DNA of 64,000 nt from an uncultured Actinomycetota bacterium (GTDB lineage: Bacteria > Actinomycetota > Acidimicrobiia > Acidimicrobiales > Bog-793), in contig CAVVDX010000002.1 of assembly GCA_963747085.1 (NCBI GenBank), positions 1,756,655 through 1,820,654 on the forward strand. The letters are read 5' to 3'. The notes beneath the pieces were generated by a model. It was not told the origin of the DNA. It searched no databases and saw only the letters and a list, made by a program, of their open reading frames with translations. The position numbers and the translations under genes are program-made. This document shows, piece after piece, positions 40,784-50,508 of the stretch. Numbering within the stretch: position 1 is the first letter of the stretch; each line of letters opens with the position of its first letter.

Positions 40784-41158
40784 CTGCGGCTGTAGCCGGA
40801 GAGGGGGGCCCGGGGGGAGGGGGTGCACCACTGTGGATTCGGTGGACAACCCGAGACCCCCAAGGCCTCCTCTGGCGCTCCACAGGCCGGCGTAGTGACG
40901 CTTCGCCGGTCTGGGGATCGCGACCGGGCCTGACCCTGAGTGTATCTGGCCTCGTGCCCTGAAACTGACGTGTCGGCCCGGTCTCCGGCTCCAGACGACG
41001 CACACTCGCCTCGGCGCGCTCTCCAAGCCGTCACGCCCGCCGGCGCGCCAGGCTGGCTGATCGGCGTGGGTAGGAAATCGGCTGAGGACGGATTCGGGCC
41101 GAACAGCAACTGCTCGAACCGGAACGGGATCGAGCTCCACGCGAGGGGCGATCCCGGC

Positions 41159-42194
41159 TCAGGTGCCGACGCGGTAGCGCCCGACCCCCTCGTCGTCGTC
41201 CATGCTCAGTCGGCCCTGGGCGACGAGCAGCCTCAGGTGCGCGTGCGTCTCGAGGGTCGCGAGCATCTGATTGAAGTCGTCGAGCTCGCCGAGGCTGCGC
41301 TCGCGGCGGGTCCAGCGAAGCTGTTCAGCGACCTCGTGTGCCGTCGTCGCCCCCGATCTCGACGGCGCGCTCGCTGCTCTCGAGTCGCCGTCCATGGTGT
41401 TCGACGAGCTCGTCGACACGCGCGTGCACGCTCGAGGTGACCGGACCGTGAGCAGGCAGCAGGCAGGCGTCGGGCATCTCGCGGACGATCGTGAGCGACC
41501 GCAGGAAGGCACCGAGCGGGTCCTCGGCTGGCACGGGCTCGAAGCCGATCGAGGGCGTGATCGACGGCAGCACGTGGCCGCCGGCAAAGAGCAGCCGCGC
41601 GGCCGGTTCGTGGAGCACGACGTGGCCGCGAGTGTGACCGGGAGTCTCCACCACGCGCACGGTGCGTCCGGATCCGAGCACGATCTCGCCCGGTGCGAGC
41701 CAGCTGTCCGGCGAGGGCCAGTCAGCCGGCTGATGCACCACGCGCCCTTCGAGCCGCGACGCGATGCGCGCCGCGAGCACACCGGCTCCACAACGTCGGA
41801 GGAGCTCGAGCTGAGGAACGAGCGGCAGACCCTCGGTCGACTGGAGCAGCTCGAGGCTCTCGCGTTCGCCTCGGCCGACTCGCAGCGGGATGCCGAAGTC
41901 ACGGCGCAGCTCGACCGCCTGGGTGTAGTGGTCCCGGTGGACGTGGGTGACCAGGCACTGCTCCACGTCGGCGAACGCGCGGTCGAGTGAGGCCAGCGCA
42001 GCACGGAGGTGCTCGCGCGCATCGGGTATCGCCCAGCCGGGATCGACGAGATCCACCCCACCCTCACTCAGCACGGCGTAGGCGTTGACCGCCCGAAGCC
42101 CGTCGTTGGGCAAGGGCAACGGGATCCGGTACACCTGCGGCACGACTTCGAACGCGCCCGGGACCATCCAGTCCTGGTCCAGCGTTGTCACCAT
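41159..42194 (-). pseudogene. MBL-fold metallo-hydrolase with C-terminal winged-helix-like tail, one +1 frame switch near 41345
   Basis: ATG at 42192-42194. THVHRDHY and ETPGHTRGH. After ELVEHHGRRLESSERAVEIGG the text continues in the +1 frame as TTAHEVAEQLRWTRRERSLGELDDFNQMLATLETHAHLRLLVAQGRL...-stop. Confidence 0.8.
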
Positions 42195-42658
42195 CGGGTT
42201 GCCGGCGACGGTGAGGTTCTGAGCGTTCCCACGGCCAATCCTTCCCGTGCGTGCAATCTCGGTGTCGTACGACGCGTGCCACCCCAAGAAGAGCGCGCGA
42301 CCTCGGCCTGCCCTCCCGGACTCTGCGACATTGCTCGTGGGGTGTCAAGCTTCGCCCGTCGCCCTCGCGCCCCAGCGTGCGCACTCCTGGGCCGGCGCGC
42401 AACCGTCGGCGCTCATGACGCTCGACGGCGCGGCGGCGCCGCGGCGCGACGAGGAGCTGCGAACCGTCGTCTGGTCTTTCGGTGCGGTTAGCATGGCGTG
42501 CCGGTTCACGGGTCTTCACGGGGTTCGGCAGACCGTCACGTCTGGTCCGCAGGAATTACATGGTTGCCTTGATGCGCCGTCGGCCCCCCGACCGGTACCG
42601 TCGACGGCAAGCCACGTGCAGAAGCATCGGGCGGTCGAGGGGGCTCGGAGGGGCGATC

Positions 42659-43819
42659 GTGGGCCTGTGCAACCTTGCCATGAGGCGGCGTGGGGTGCTT
42701 CGAGCATCTGCGCTGGTCGCTGCGCTGGTCACGGCGACGCTCGTGATCGTGTCCGATCCGCTGCCGGCTGTGGCGGTGGCGATCGGTGAGGGCAACAACG
42801 CCACCGGGATCGCCTACGAGGGGTCCGGTCACACCTTGATGTTCCGCTGGCAGACCTACGGCAGCTCGGGCTGGACCCCGGAACAGGCCGCCGGGCCCGA
42901 CACGACGTACTCGACGCCCTCGGTCGCAGAGGGCAACAACTCGACCTCGATCGCCTATCAAGGGTTCGATCACACCCTGATCTTCCGCTGGCAGACCTAT
43001 GGAAGCTCGGGCTGGAACCGCGAGCAGGTGGCCGGGCCGAAGACCACCTACTCGGCGCCGTCCCTGGCCGAGTCCGACAACGCCACGGCGATCGCGGTCG
43101 AGGGTGCGAACCACAGCCTCGACTTCTACTGGCAGACCTACGGCACCCAGCAGTGGAACGAGGAGGTCGTCGCCAGATCAGGCGCAGCCTATTCCGCGCC
43201 CTCGCTCGCCGAGGCGGACTCGGACGGCTACGAGCAGAACGACATCTTCGTCGAGGGCCCGCAGCACAGCCTGAGCGACTGGGAGCAGGAGGGGAACCTC
43301 TCCTCGAACTGGTGGTTGCTGGAACCGTCGGGGCCCGACACCGTGTACTCGGCTCCCTCGGCGGTCGACCTGGCCGAGACGTCCGGGGGAATCGGTGGCA
43401 TCCCGTACGTCTCGATGGAGTGTGCCTGGGAAGGGCGGGCTCAGATGCTGCTGTACTACTACTCCGCCTGGTCGGGCCAGGCGGTCGAGCCTGTCGCCGG
43501 GCCGGGAAGCGCGTCATCGGGCCCGTCGCTGACGGTCGGCAACAACGCCACGGAGATCGCCGTCGACTACGACGGGAGCGCCACGACCGGCGGCGGCTTG
43601 AGCTTCTACTGGCAGCCGATCGACGGGACGTCGTGGAACCCCGAGACGATCAACAACACGAACTACGCGTGGTCGCCGCCGGCGATCTCGACGGGCAATA
43701 ACGCCACCACTGTGGCGGTCGAGGGGACCGATCACAGCCTGGTCTTCTACTGGCAGACCAGCGGCAGCTCGTCGTGGAACCAGGAGTTCGCCGCGTCGAA
43801 CTGGACGACGTACTCCTAA
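42659..43819 (+). CDS. secreted seven-repeat (propeller-like) protein
   Basis: GTG 42659 lies 5 nt after GGAGGGG, and ATG 42680 is an alternative start. Signal-like MRRRGVLRASALVAALVTATLVIV. Seven units of about 48 aa carry GNNAT.IA.EG..H.L.F.WQTYGSS.W..E.VAGP.TTYS.PS. Confidence 0.8.
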   Translation: MGLCNLAMRRRGVLRASALVAALVTATLVIVSDPLPAVAVAIGEGNNATGIAYEGSGHTLMFRWQTYGSSGWTPEQAAGPDTTYSTPSVAEGNNSTSIAYQGFDHTLIFRWQTYGSSGWNREQVAGPKTTYSAPSLAESDNATAIAVEGANHSLDFYWQTYGTQQWNEEVVARSGAAYSAPSLAEADSDGYEQNDIFVEGPQHSLSDWEQEGNLSSNWWLLEPSGPDTVYSAPSAVDLAETSGGIGGIPYVSMECAWEGRAQMLLYYYSAWSGQAVEPVAGPGSASSGPSLTVGNNATEIAVDYDGSATTGGGLSFYWQPIDGTSWNPETINNTNYAWSPPAISTGNNATTVAVEGTDHSLVFYWQTSGSSSWNQEFAASNWTTYS

Positions 43820-43858
43820 TCCGCTTCGCTCAAACTCGAGAGATCGGGAGAATGCGCC

Positions 43859-45157
43859 ATGCCACGAGATCTTGTCTCTGTCGCCCCGAACCCCGCCCGG
43901 CGACCGCGCAGGTCGACGCGCCGCCTCGGCCGAGCAGCCGCGAGCCTGCTTCCGGGCGGGGCGTTGATCCTCGTCGCCGGCGCGGCGCTCGCGCAGCAGC
44001 CGGCGCGCCTGGTCCCGAGCGTGAAGGCGCCGCATACCATCGACCCGCGCGCCGACTCGACCGGCCCGGTGGTCGTGGACTCGGCGGGGAACGGTTACTT
44101 GGCCTGGGACCACTCGATCCCGCACAGTGGCTCCTCGGACTCGGTGGTGTTCTGCAAGGTCCCCAAGGGCGGGACCTGCACCCACCCGCTCACCCTCCCG
44201 CTGCCGCGCCATGCCAGCTGGGGCTCGTACTACATCCTCCAGCCGTTCCCGGTGCTCGGCGGAACGAGCGGCGTCGTCTCGATCGTGGCACCGAGCTACG
44301 TCCTCATCGACACCGTCGTGTGGACCTCGCGCAACCACGGGTCGTCCTTCTCGCCCCTGCAAGTCGTCCCGAGACCGAGCTTCTCGGGTCAGGGTGCGGT
44401 CGGTGACGTGCTGCGCGCCCCGTTCAACAAGGTGCCGTACCCCGACTACTTCTCCGTCTCGGCCGTCAATCCCGGCCTCGGCTACTCCTTCACGGGCATC
44501 GGCGCGATCGGCGCCCTCGATCCTCCGGCCGCCTTCAGCCTGCAGACGGCGCGCATCCCCGGCGCACCGAACAACTCGACCCTCGGGTTCAGTGGGCAGG
44601 AGACCGTCGAGGCCTTCTCCACCGACGCCGACACGCCGCGTGTCGCCTACTTCTGGTCCCCTCTCCCCGGGGTGAGCGGATCGCCGGGCACCCTCGAGCA
44701 CGGACCGATCGCCGTCGCCGACGGCACCGATCCGCGCCTCGCCGGTGGGCCGAAGGGCCTGTACCTGCTCTCGGAGGACGACGGCAGCACGCCCGCCAAG
44801 CCCCTCCAGCTGCACGTCCGCAAGTGGGACGCGACGACGCACACCTTCGGCGTGCCGAGCCTGGTCGCTACCGTGCCTCAGGGTGTCGACGCGACCGACG
44901 AGGGCGGCTTCGGCGAGGACGCGACGACCGGCGCGCTCTACGTCGCCTGGCCGGGTACGGACAGTGCGGGCCGCGACGTGATGGACCTGTGGATCTCGGC
45001 CAGCGGTGGCCGGACGTTCTCAGGCCCGACAGAGCTGGCGACGAGGATCGGCTCGTACAGCGGTCCCGCCCGGGTCGCGGTCGCCGGCGGGAGCGGCTTA
45101 GTCACCTGGCAGGACGGCGACGGGCTGGAGCTCGCCGACGTCACCCCCCATATGTAG
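43859..45157 (+). CDS. secreted hypothetical protein
   Basis: Intact 432-aa ORF. The N-terminus RRPRRSTRRLGRAAASLLPGGALILVAGAALA is Tat/Sec-signal-like. No family recognised. Confidence 0.75.
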   Translation: MPRDLVSVAPNPARRPRRSTRRLGRAAASLLPGGALILVAGAALAQQPARLVPSVKAPHTIDPRADSTGPVVVDSAGNGYLAWDHSIPHSGSSDSVVFCKVPKGGTCTHPLTLPLPRHASWGSYYILQPFPVLGGTSGVVSIVAPSYVLIDTVVWTSRNHGSSFSPLQVVPRPSFSGQGAVGDVLRAPFNKVPYPDYFSVSAVNPGLGYSFTGIGAIGALDPPAAFSLQTARIPGAPNNSTLGFSGQETVEAFSTDADTPRVAYFWSPLPGVSGSPGTLEHGPIAVADGTDPRLAGGPKGLYLLSEDDGSTPAKPLQLHVRKWDATTHTFGVPSLVATVPQGVDATDEGGFGEDATTGALYVAWPGTDSAGRDVMDLWISASGGRTFSGPTELATRIGSYSGPARVAVAGGSGLVTWQDGDGLELADVTPHM

Positions 45158-45190
45158 CCCTGTGCCCGGCGTGGTGTCGTCGATCGCCGA

Positions 45191-46494
45191 CTAGCACACC
45201 ACGGTCTCCCGGAGCGTGGCAGGCGGCCCCTCGAGCGCGGCGGGTCGGCCTGCTGCGCGGCCCGCAGCATCTTCACCATCGTCTCCAACAGCTTCCAGCC
45301 GACGACACCGTTGTGCTCGACGAGCGAGCGGAACTCCCACAGCGTGAAGCCGTAGCAGACGACATCGGTCGTGGCGGTGACCGTCGCCGCGCGCGGGCCT
45401 TCGTCGATCAACGCAATCTCGCCGAAGTAGTCACCCGGTCCAAGTCTCGCCACCTCGCTGCCGCGCACGGTGACCCTCGCCTCTCCCGAGTCGACGACGT
45501 AGAGCGCGGCGCCGCCCGAGCCCTCCCGGATCACCGTCTCACCCTTGGCGAAGCTCCGCTGCTTGCACAAGTGCGCGATCTGCTCGACCTCGTTGCGATC
45601 CAGCCCGCTGAAGAGCTGCACGCGCTGCAGGGCCTCGACCGGGCCTCTGCCGGATGGCGCGTCGGCGCGGGGCTCGACCGAACCGCCGGCCGTGACCGCC
45701 CTGCACTGCAGCAAGTAGAGCGCTCCACCGGCGAATGCCCACTCGATGTCGCGGCCCGGGCCGTACACCTGCTCGCAACGATGCGCCATGCGGGCGAGCG
45801 AAGCAAGCTGCTCGTCGTCCAGGCTGAGTTTGTCGACGAGCTCGGGTGCCACGTCCTCGCTCGTCGTGCCACCAGCGGGCAACGAGCGGATCGCCACGCG
45901 CTTGCGGCCCGCTGTGCGTTGGAGCACCGCGCCGGAGCGGTCGAGCCGGTAGGAGTCGGGGATCACCAGCCCGTTGACCACCGCCTCGCCGAGGCCCCAG
46001 CTGGCCTCGACCACGCGCTCGTCGGCCCCAGTCACCGGGTTGCGGGTGAACATCACCCCGGCGACCTCGGGGTCGACGAGCGACTGGACGACGACGCCGA
46101 CGCTCGGGCGGGTGAACAGCCCGACGCGCTGACGGTAGGTGATCGCCGAGTCCGAGTTCGCCGACCACCAGATCTCACGCAACGCCGAGGGCAGCTCGTC
46201 GGTCGAGGCGACGTTGAGCAGCGTCAGGTGCTGGCCGGCGAAGCTGGCCTCCCTGCCGTCCTCGTCCACCGCCGACGAGCGCACGGCGAGGGGCGTCCGG
46301 AGGTGCCGGACGACCTTGGCAACCTTCTCGATCGAACGCTGGTCGCCCGCGGCGATGGCCTCGACGACGGGGCCCGAGAGCGCTACGCCGGGTGGAACCG
46401 GTAGGCCGTCGCGCACGGCGTCGCCCAAGCCGACGGCCTTCGCGCCGAATACGGTGCTGTCCCTCGCCTCGCCGAGCGCGACGGCGCCCTTCAT
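45191..46494 (-). CDS. PPDK_N (PEP/pyruvate-binding, ATP-grasp) domain protein fused to a cyclic-nucleotide-binding domain; 3-prime end uncertain
   Basis: LAVRSSAVDEDGREASFAGQH, MFTRNPVTG and DIEWA. The cNMP domain follows: LFSGLDRNEVEQIA...ALYVVDSGEARV...GDYFGEIALIDEGPRAATVTA. The open frame runs on to 44938 as an Arg/Ser/Pro-rich tail antisense to the neighbouring gene. A -1 switch near 45240 would end the protein at the TAG at 45191-45193. Confidence 0.75.
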
Positions 46495-48131
46495 GCCAGC
46501 ACCGTCACCTCGCCGGCATCGCCGTCGACGCGCACCCTCGTCCCGTCGGCGATACGCTCCGTCGCCTCGCGCGTGCCGACAACGCCGGGGATGCCGTACT
46601 CGCGTGCGACGATCGCCGAGTGCGAGAGCAGGCCGCCGTTGTCGGTCACGATCGCCCCGAGCAACGGGAGGAGGATGTTGAACGCCTCCGTCGTGGCTTC
46701 CGTGACGAGAACGTCTCCCTGCACGATGCGGTCGAACTCGGAGGGCCCCGAGACGCGCCGTGCCGGCCCTTCATACACGCCACGGCTCGCGGCGAGGCCA
46801 CGTAGCATGTGCTCCTCGTGCTCGGCCTCTGAGCTCCCGAACACGGCACCGAGAGCGAGCCCGGTGGCCCGCATCAGCCGCGCGACCGTCGGTGGGAGGC
46901 CGCTCGGGTCGGGGGGCGGGTGGGGCGGCTCGCCGACCAGCGGTGGCGCGTCTTTGGGGTCGAGGGTGGCGCGCGCCTGAGCTCTCGCGGCGAGCTCCTC
47001 GCCTGACGGCGCCTTCGCATCGGCGAGCAGCGCGCACATCTCCTCGAGGCCGGCGTCGACGAGGTGCTCCGGCGCCTCGACGCGCTCCCTCGCCGCGAGT
47101 CGGCGACCGGCAGCGAGCGCGGCGCGGCGCATCAGCCCGGACGCCCAGATGTCGCTGTAGACGCCGCGCTCGTCGCGCAGCCGGTAGGTCAGCCGGGCCT
47201 CGCCGAGCAGCTCGTCGAACTCGTCCCGGTGCTGCTCGGGCACCTGCTCTCGCACGTCGGCGATCTGCTTCTCCAAGTCCGAGTCGTCGAGCGCCCTGCC
47301 GGCGACCACACCGCGGATCGCCCGCAGGAGGGAATCAGGCAGCTCGAGCGCCGACGGCTCGCAGATGTCGAAGCCGTCGAGGGGCCTGCACCCGACGAGC
47401 TCGAGGTAGCCTGTGACAGCAGCCCCCGCCTCCCCCTCGATCGAGCGCAGCTGCTCGAGCACGCTCGCCGGATCGTCGTCGGACTCGAGCAGCGCCAACG
47501 CCGAGCGATCCTGTCGGAAGGCCGCGGTCAATCGCTCGAGCTCGTCGGAGGAGCCCGCCGACACGGGTGTCGCGCCTCGCATCAGCCCGAGGAGCTCGGC
47601 CGGCGCGAGCCCTGTCCAGTCTCCGACGTGGACGAGGAAGTCCCCGACGGGGACGACCGCCGATGCGGTGTGGTACATGTGCTGGTAGATCATCGCGGCG
47701 TGGTGGTCCCGGCATTCGCGCAAGTACGCGATCAGGTCCGCGTCGGAGAGGCCGTCAGGATCGACGGCTTGCAGCCGGCGGTGCGCGGCGATCGACGACG
47801 GCTTGCGGTTCTCGTCCCAATCGTGCAGCTGCTCACGCCAGAGCTTGTGCTCGAAGACCTCTTCGGCGCGTGCGAAGCGTTGAGGGATCTCCTCGTCGGG
47901 GGCCGGCCGGACGGCATTGTAGGCGAAGCCGTTCAGGTACGCGGTGTCGAGCCCGGCGATCAGCATCCCGTAGAAGCGGGCGAAGTCATGGGTGCCGCGC
48001 ATGAACGGCTCGGGGTGGGTCTCCGCCCAGTAGCGCGTCACGGGCCGCGGGAAGTGCACAGCGTCGCGTGTCCAGGTACCGGGCCCCGGAGGCTCGAATC
48101 CCGCGCCAAAATCCTGGCCTTCGGCCGCCAT
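46491..48131 (-). CDS. PEP-utilising enzyme, mobile (swivel His) domain protein with large N-terminal helical domain
   Basis: ATG 48129-48131 lies 7 nt after GAGGGGGGG. The C-terminus GDVLVTEATTEAFNILLPLLGAIVTDNGGLLSHSAIVAREYGIPGVVG is the phosphohistidine swivel motif. ATGA overlap with the downstream PPDK_N gene. Confidence 0.85.
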   Translation of the reverse strand: MAAEGQDFGAGFEPPGPGTWTRDAVHFPRPVTRYWAETHPEPFMRGTHDFARFYGMLIAGLDTAYLNGFAYNAVRPAPDEEIPQRFARAEEVFEHKLWREQLHDWDENRKPSSIAAHRRLQAVDPDGLSDADLIAYLRECRDHHAAMIYQHMYHTASAVVPVGDFLVHVGDWTGLAPAELLGLMRGATPVSAGSSDELERLTAAFRQDRSALALLESDDDPASVLEQLRSIEGEAGAAVTGYLELVGCRPLDGFDICEPSALELPDSLLRAIRGVVAGRALDDSDLEKQIADVREQVPEQHRDEFDELLGEARLTYRLRDERGVYSDIWASGLMRRAALAAGRRLAARERVEAPEHLVDAGLEEMCALLADAKAPSGEELAARAQARATLDPKDAPPLVGEPPHPPPDPSGLPPTVARLMRATGLALGAVFGSSEAEHEEHMLRGLAASRGVYEGPARRVSGPSEFDRIVQGDVLVTEATTEAFNILLPLLGAIVTDNGGLLSHSAIVAREYGIPGVVGTREATERIADGTRVRVDGDAGEVTVLA

Positions 48132-48420
48132 CGACCAACCCCCCCTCGTTCGCGACACGGCAGAAGGCGCCGGGTCGGCTAGCGATTATGGATCCTTGCA
48201 CCGCGATTGCGCAACCTGCAGCCGCGGGCCGAGCGTGTGCCCACCGTCCCGCCGAGCCGTGACGGTGGGCGGCACATGGCCCGGGGACGTCGGCCTCCGT
48301 CATGGGTTGATGCATCGATCGACCTCGCACTGACAGCTTGCGTGCAATCTGCTTCTGGTGACCGTTCGGGCCGACACCTTGGTCGTCGTCGTGCCCAACC
48401 GACTGCACCGACCCGCTCGG

Positions 48421-48672
48421 TCAGCGGCGCGCGACGGCCCTGAGGTCCGGGTTCGCCTCCGGGAGCACCTGCAGGGATTCCCGCACGACGCCGGCGGTCG
48501 AGGGCAGGGCTTCCCGCACGCGACGTACGTCGGGCCCGTGCATCAGCTCCGGGTGGCCCGCTTGCTCGAGCAGCCCGGGAAGATCTGCCAGTCGCCGCTC
48601 GAGCCATCCCACCGGATCGGTCACGAGCTCAGGCTCGAACACGCGGCGAACACGGCTCGCTGGTGCGTCCAT
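48421..48672 (-). CDS. hypothetical small protein (83 aa)
   Basis: ATG 48670-48672 is preceded by AAGGAGGTGGAG. The composition is protein-like. No family recognised. Confidence 0.35.
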   Translation of the reverse strand: MDAPASRVRRVFEPELVTDPVGWLERRLADLPGLLEQAGHPELMHGPDVRRVREALPSTAGVVRESLQVLPEANPDLRAVARR

Positions 48673-49514
48673 GTCGACGGCTCCACCTCCTTGCCGGACA
48701 AGGCGATGCTACTTCCGGCTGCCGAGGCGGTCAGCGGGTGGCCGGTTCCGCGCCCGGCAGCGAGCCGCCCGTCCGGGGACTCGTTCGGTCGCCAGGCCCG
48801 ATCGGCCCGCATGGCGCACCCGCCCAGCTCGCGCTGCGAACGGGCGGACTTCTCCTCACCCGCAGACGTAGCCCCGCATCAGTTTCTCGATCATCCGCTC
48901 TCGGGCAGCGTCGACATCCCGGGATCGGACGAAACAGCGCCGCGCTTTCGAAGCACGGGTTCTCCGAGCTGCCGTACGCCGATCACGACGACGACAACGA
49001 GTCGGTCTCACCTCGGCCTAGCGACACGAGCTTGAGAAGCGGCGCCAGGTCGCTTGAGAAGGGGCGGCAGTCGAACGTCGGCCCGAAGCCCGCGCCCTGG
49101 TCGAGGCGGAGTCGACGAAGCCCTGGACGAGCTTCAGCGTGTCGCGTCTCGTCCGTGTCGACGACGAAGAGTCGCCAGGGCAACCCCACACCGGGAAGGT
49201 CGGAGACGAGGGCAAGCGGCGTGACGGCCCCCGGCAGCGCGCACGCCGGCAGGCTCGCTCTGCGCATCACGTCCTCCTCGTTCGCTCCGGTGATCAGCGA
49301 CCGTGCCCGCGAACCGCGCATTCGTGCAAACTGTGGGCGAGCGGCTCGTCACACCCCTGGTCCGACCGCCCATACCGAGGGTGCATGCAGCGCGACGGAT
49401 CTTCGGGGCACGCGTCGAAATCGCGACCTGTAGGTCACCCCGCCGGGGCGAGCCCAGCGGTCGCCTCTCTGGGCCGAGTCTCAGCTGATCCACAGTGCAA
49501 TCGACCGCTGTACC

Positions 49515-50457
49515 GTGATCGAAGTGAGCGATCGCGGCGTGCCGACCGAGCGGTTCGCGCCGGCCGCTGCGCCGCGCCTCGGCCGGACGGGAGCGACTCC
49601 CCGACCGGCGACCGCCGCGCCGGCCGCCGCCCCGGCGGCGCCGCAGGCGGAGCAGCCCAGCCGGCGGATCGGGCTCTGGCCACGTGTCGGCGTCGGCGCC
49701 GCCCTGCTGGCACTCGTCGCGATCGTCGTCGCTCTCGTCGTCACCAACCTGCGCGTCTCCGCACGACCCGACGTCAGCGCGAGCGAGGTCAACAGCATCG
49801 TCGACCAGAAGGTGAGCGCAGCGGTGAGCCAGCTGCAGTCCCAGCCCCCCGTGGCGGCCACGGTGTACCAAGCCGCAGCGAGCGGGTTGGTCGTCATCGA
49901 GGCGCAACACAAAGGCGCCTCCGTGGCCGACGACCTCGGCTCCGGGTTCGTCGTCGACACCCAAGGGCGACATCCTCACGGCGCTGCACGTCGTCCAAGG
50001 CGCAACGACGATCACGGTCACCTTCGCCGACGGCTCGACGTCGCCTGCCTCCGTCGAGTCGTCCGATCCCGCGCACGACATCGCCGTGCTGACGTCGCAG
50101 CGGCTGCCGTCCGGGATCGTCCCGGAGGTGCTCGGCGCGAGCCCGCAGATCGGCGACGAGGCCTTCGCGGTCGGGAACCCCCTCGGGCTGCTCGGCTCGC
50201 TGTCCGCAGGCGTCATCTCCGGCCTCGACCGATCCTTCACGCTGACGCACGGGCAGCACGACTCTCCGGGATGATCCAGTTCGACGCCGCCGTCAACCCG
50301 GGCAGCTCCGGCGGCCCGCTGCTCAACACGAAGGGTCAGGTGATCGGGATCGTGACAGGTCTCGCCAATCCCGCGGGCAGCCGATGACTTCGCCGGCATC
50401 GGCTTCGCCGTGCCGATCGCCACGGCCGGCCAGGCAGCCGGCGCCCCCGCCAAATGA
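49515..50457 (+). pseudogene. membrane-anchored trypsin-like serine protease (S1C/HtrA-like), 3 frame switches
   Basis: TM helix [25 protein letters not shown]. The pieces are [10 protein letters not shown], then [19 protein letters not shown]...HDIAVL...AVGNPLGL...ISGLDR, then [20 protein letters not shown]..., then [12 protein letters not shown]...-stop. The switches lie at about 49965 (+1), about 50262 (-1) and about 50380 (+1). Confidence 0.8.
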
Positions 50458-50508
50458 GCGTCCTCCGAGGTCGGCGCGCCCGACGGGGCCGAGGTCTCGC
50501 TCGAGGAG

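Noticed and set aside
40790-41158. Possible structured RNA (tmRNA, RNase P or tRNA-like) in the G-run-rich gap
   Set aside because: I could not find the conserved cores, such as GGTTCGAATCC-type T-loops, the GAGGAAAGTCC RNase P motif or a tmRNA tag frame. No tRNA-like T-arm was seen anywhere in the window. A covariance-model scan would be needed to be sure.
44938-45190. C-terminal 85 codons of the PPDK_N-cNMP ORF
   Set aside because: The tail is Arg/Ser/Pro-rich and lies antisense to the last 220 nt of the convergent secreted-protein gene. The cNMP domain is already complete upstream. It is more likely a lost stop or frame error than real coding sequence.
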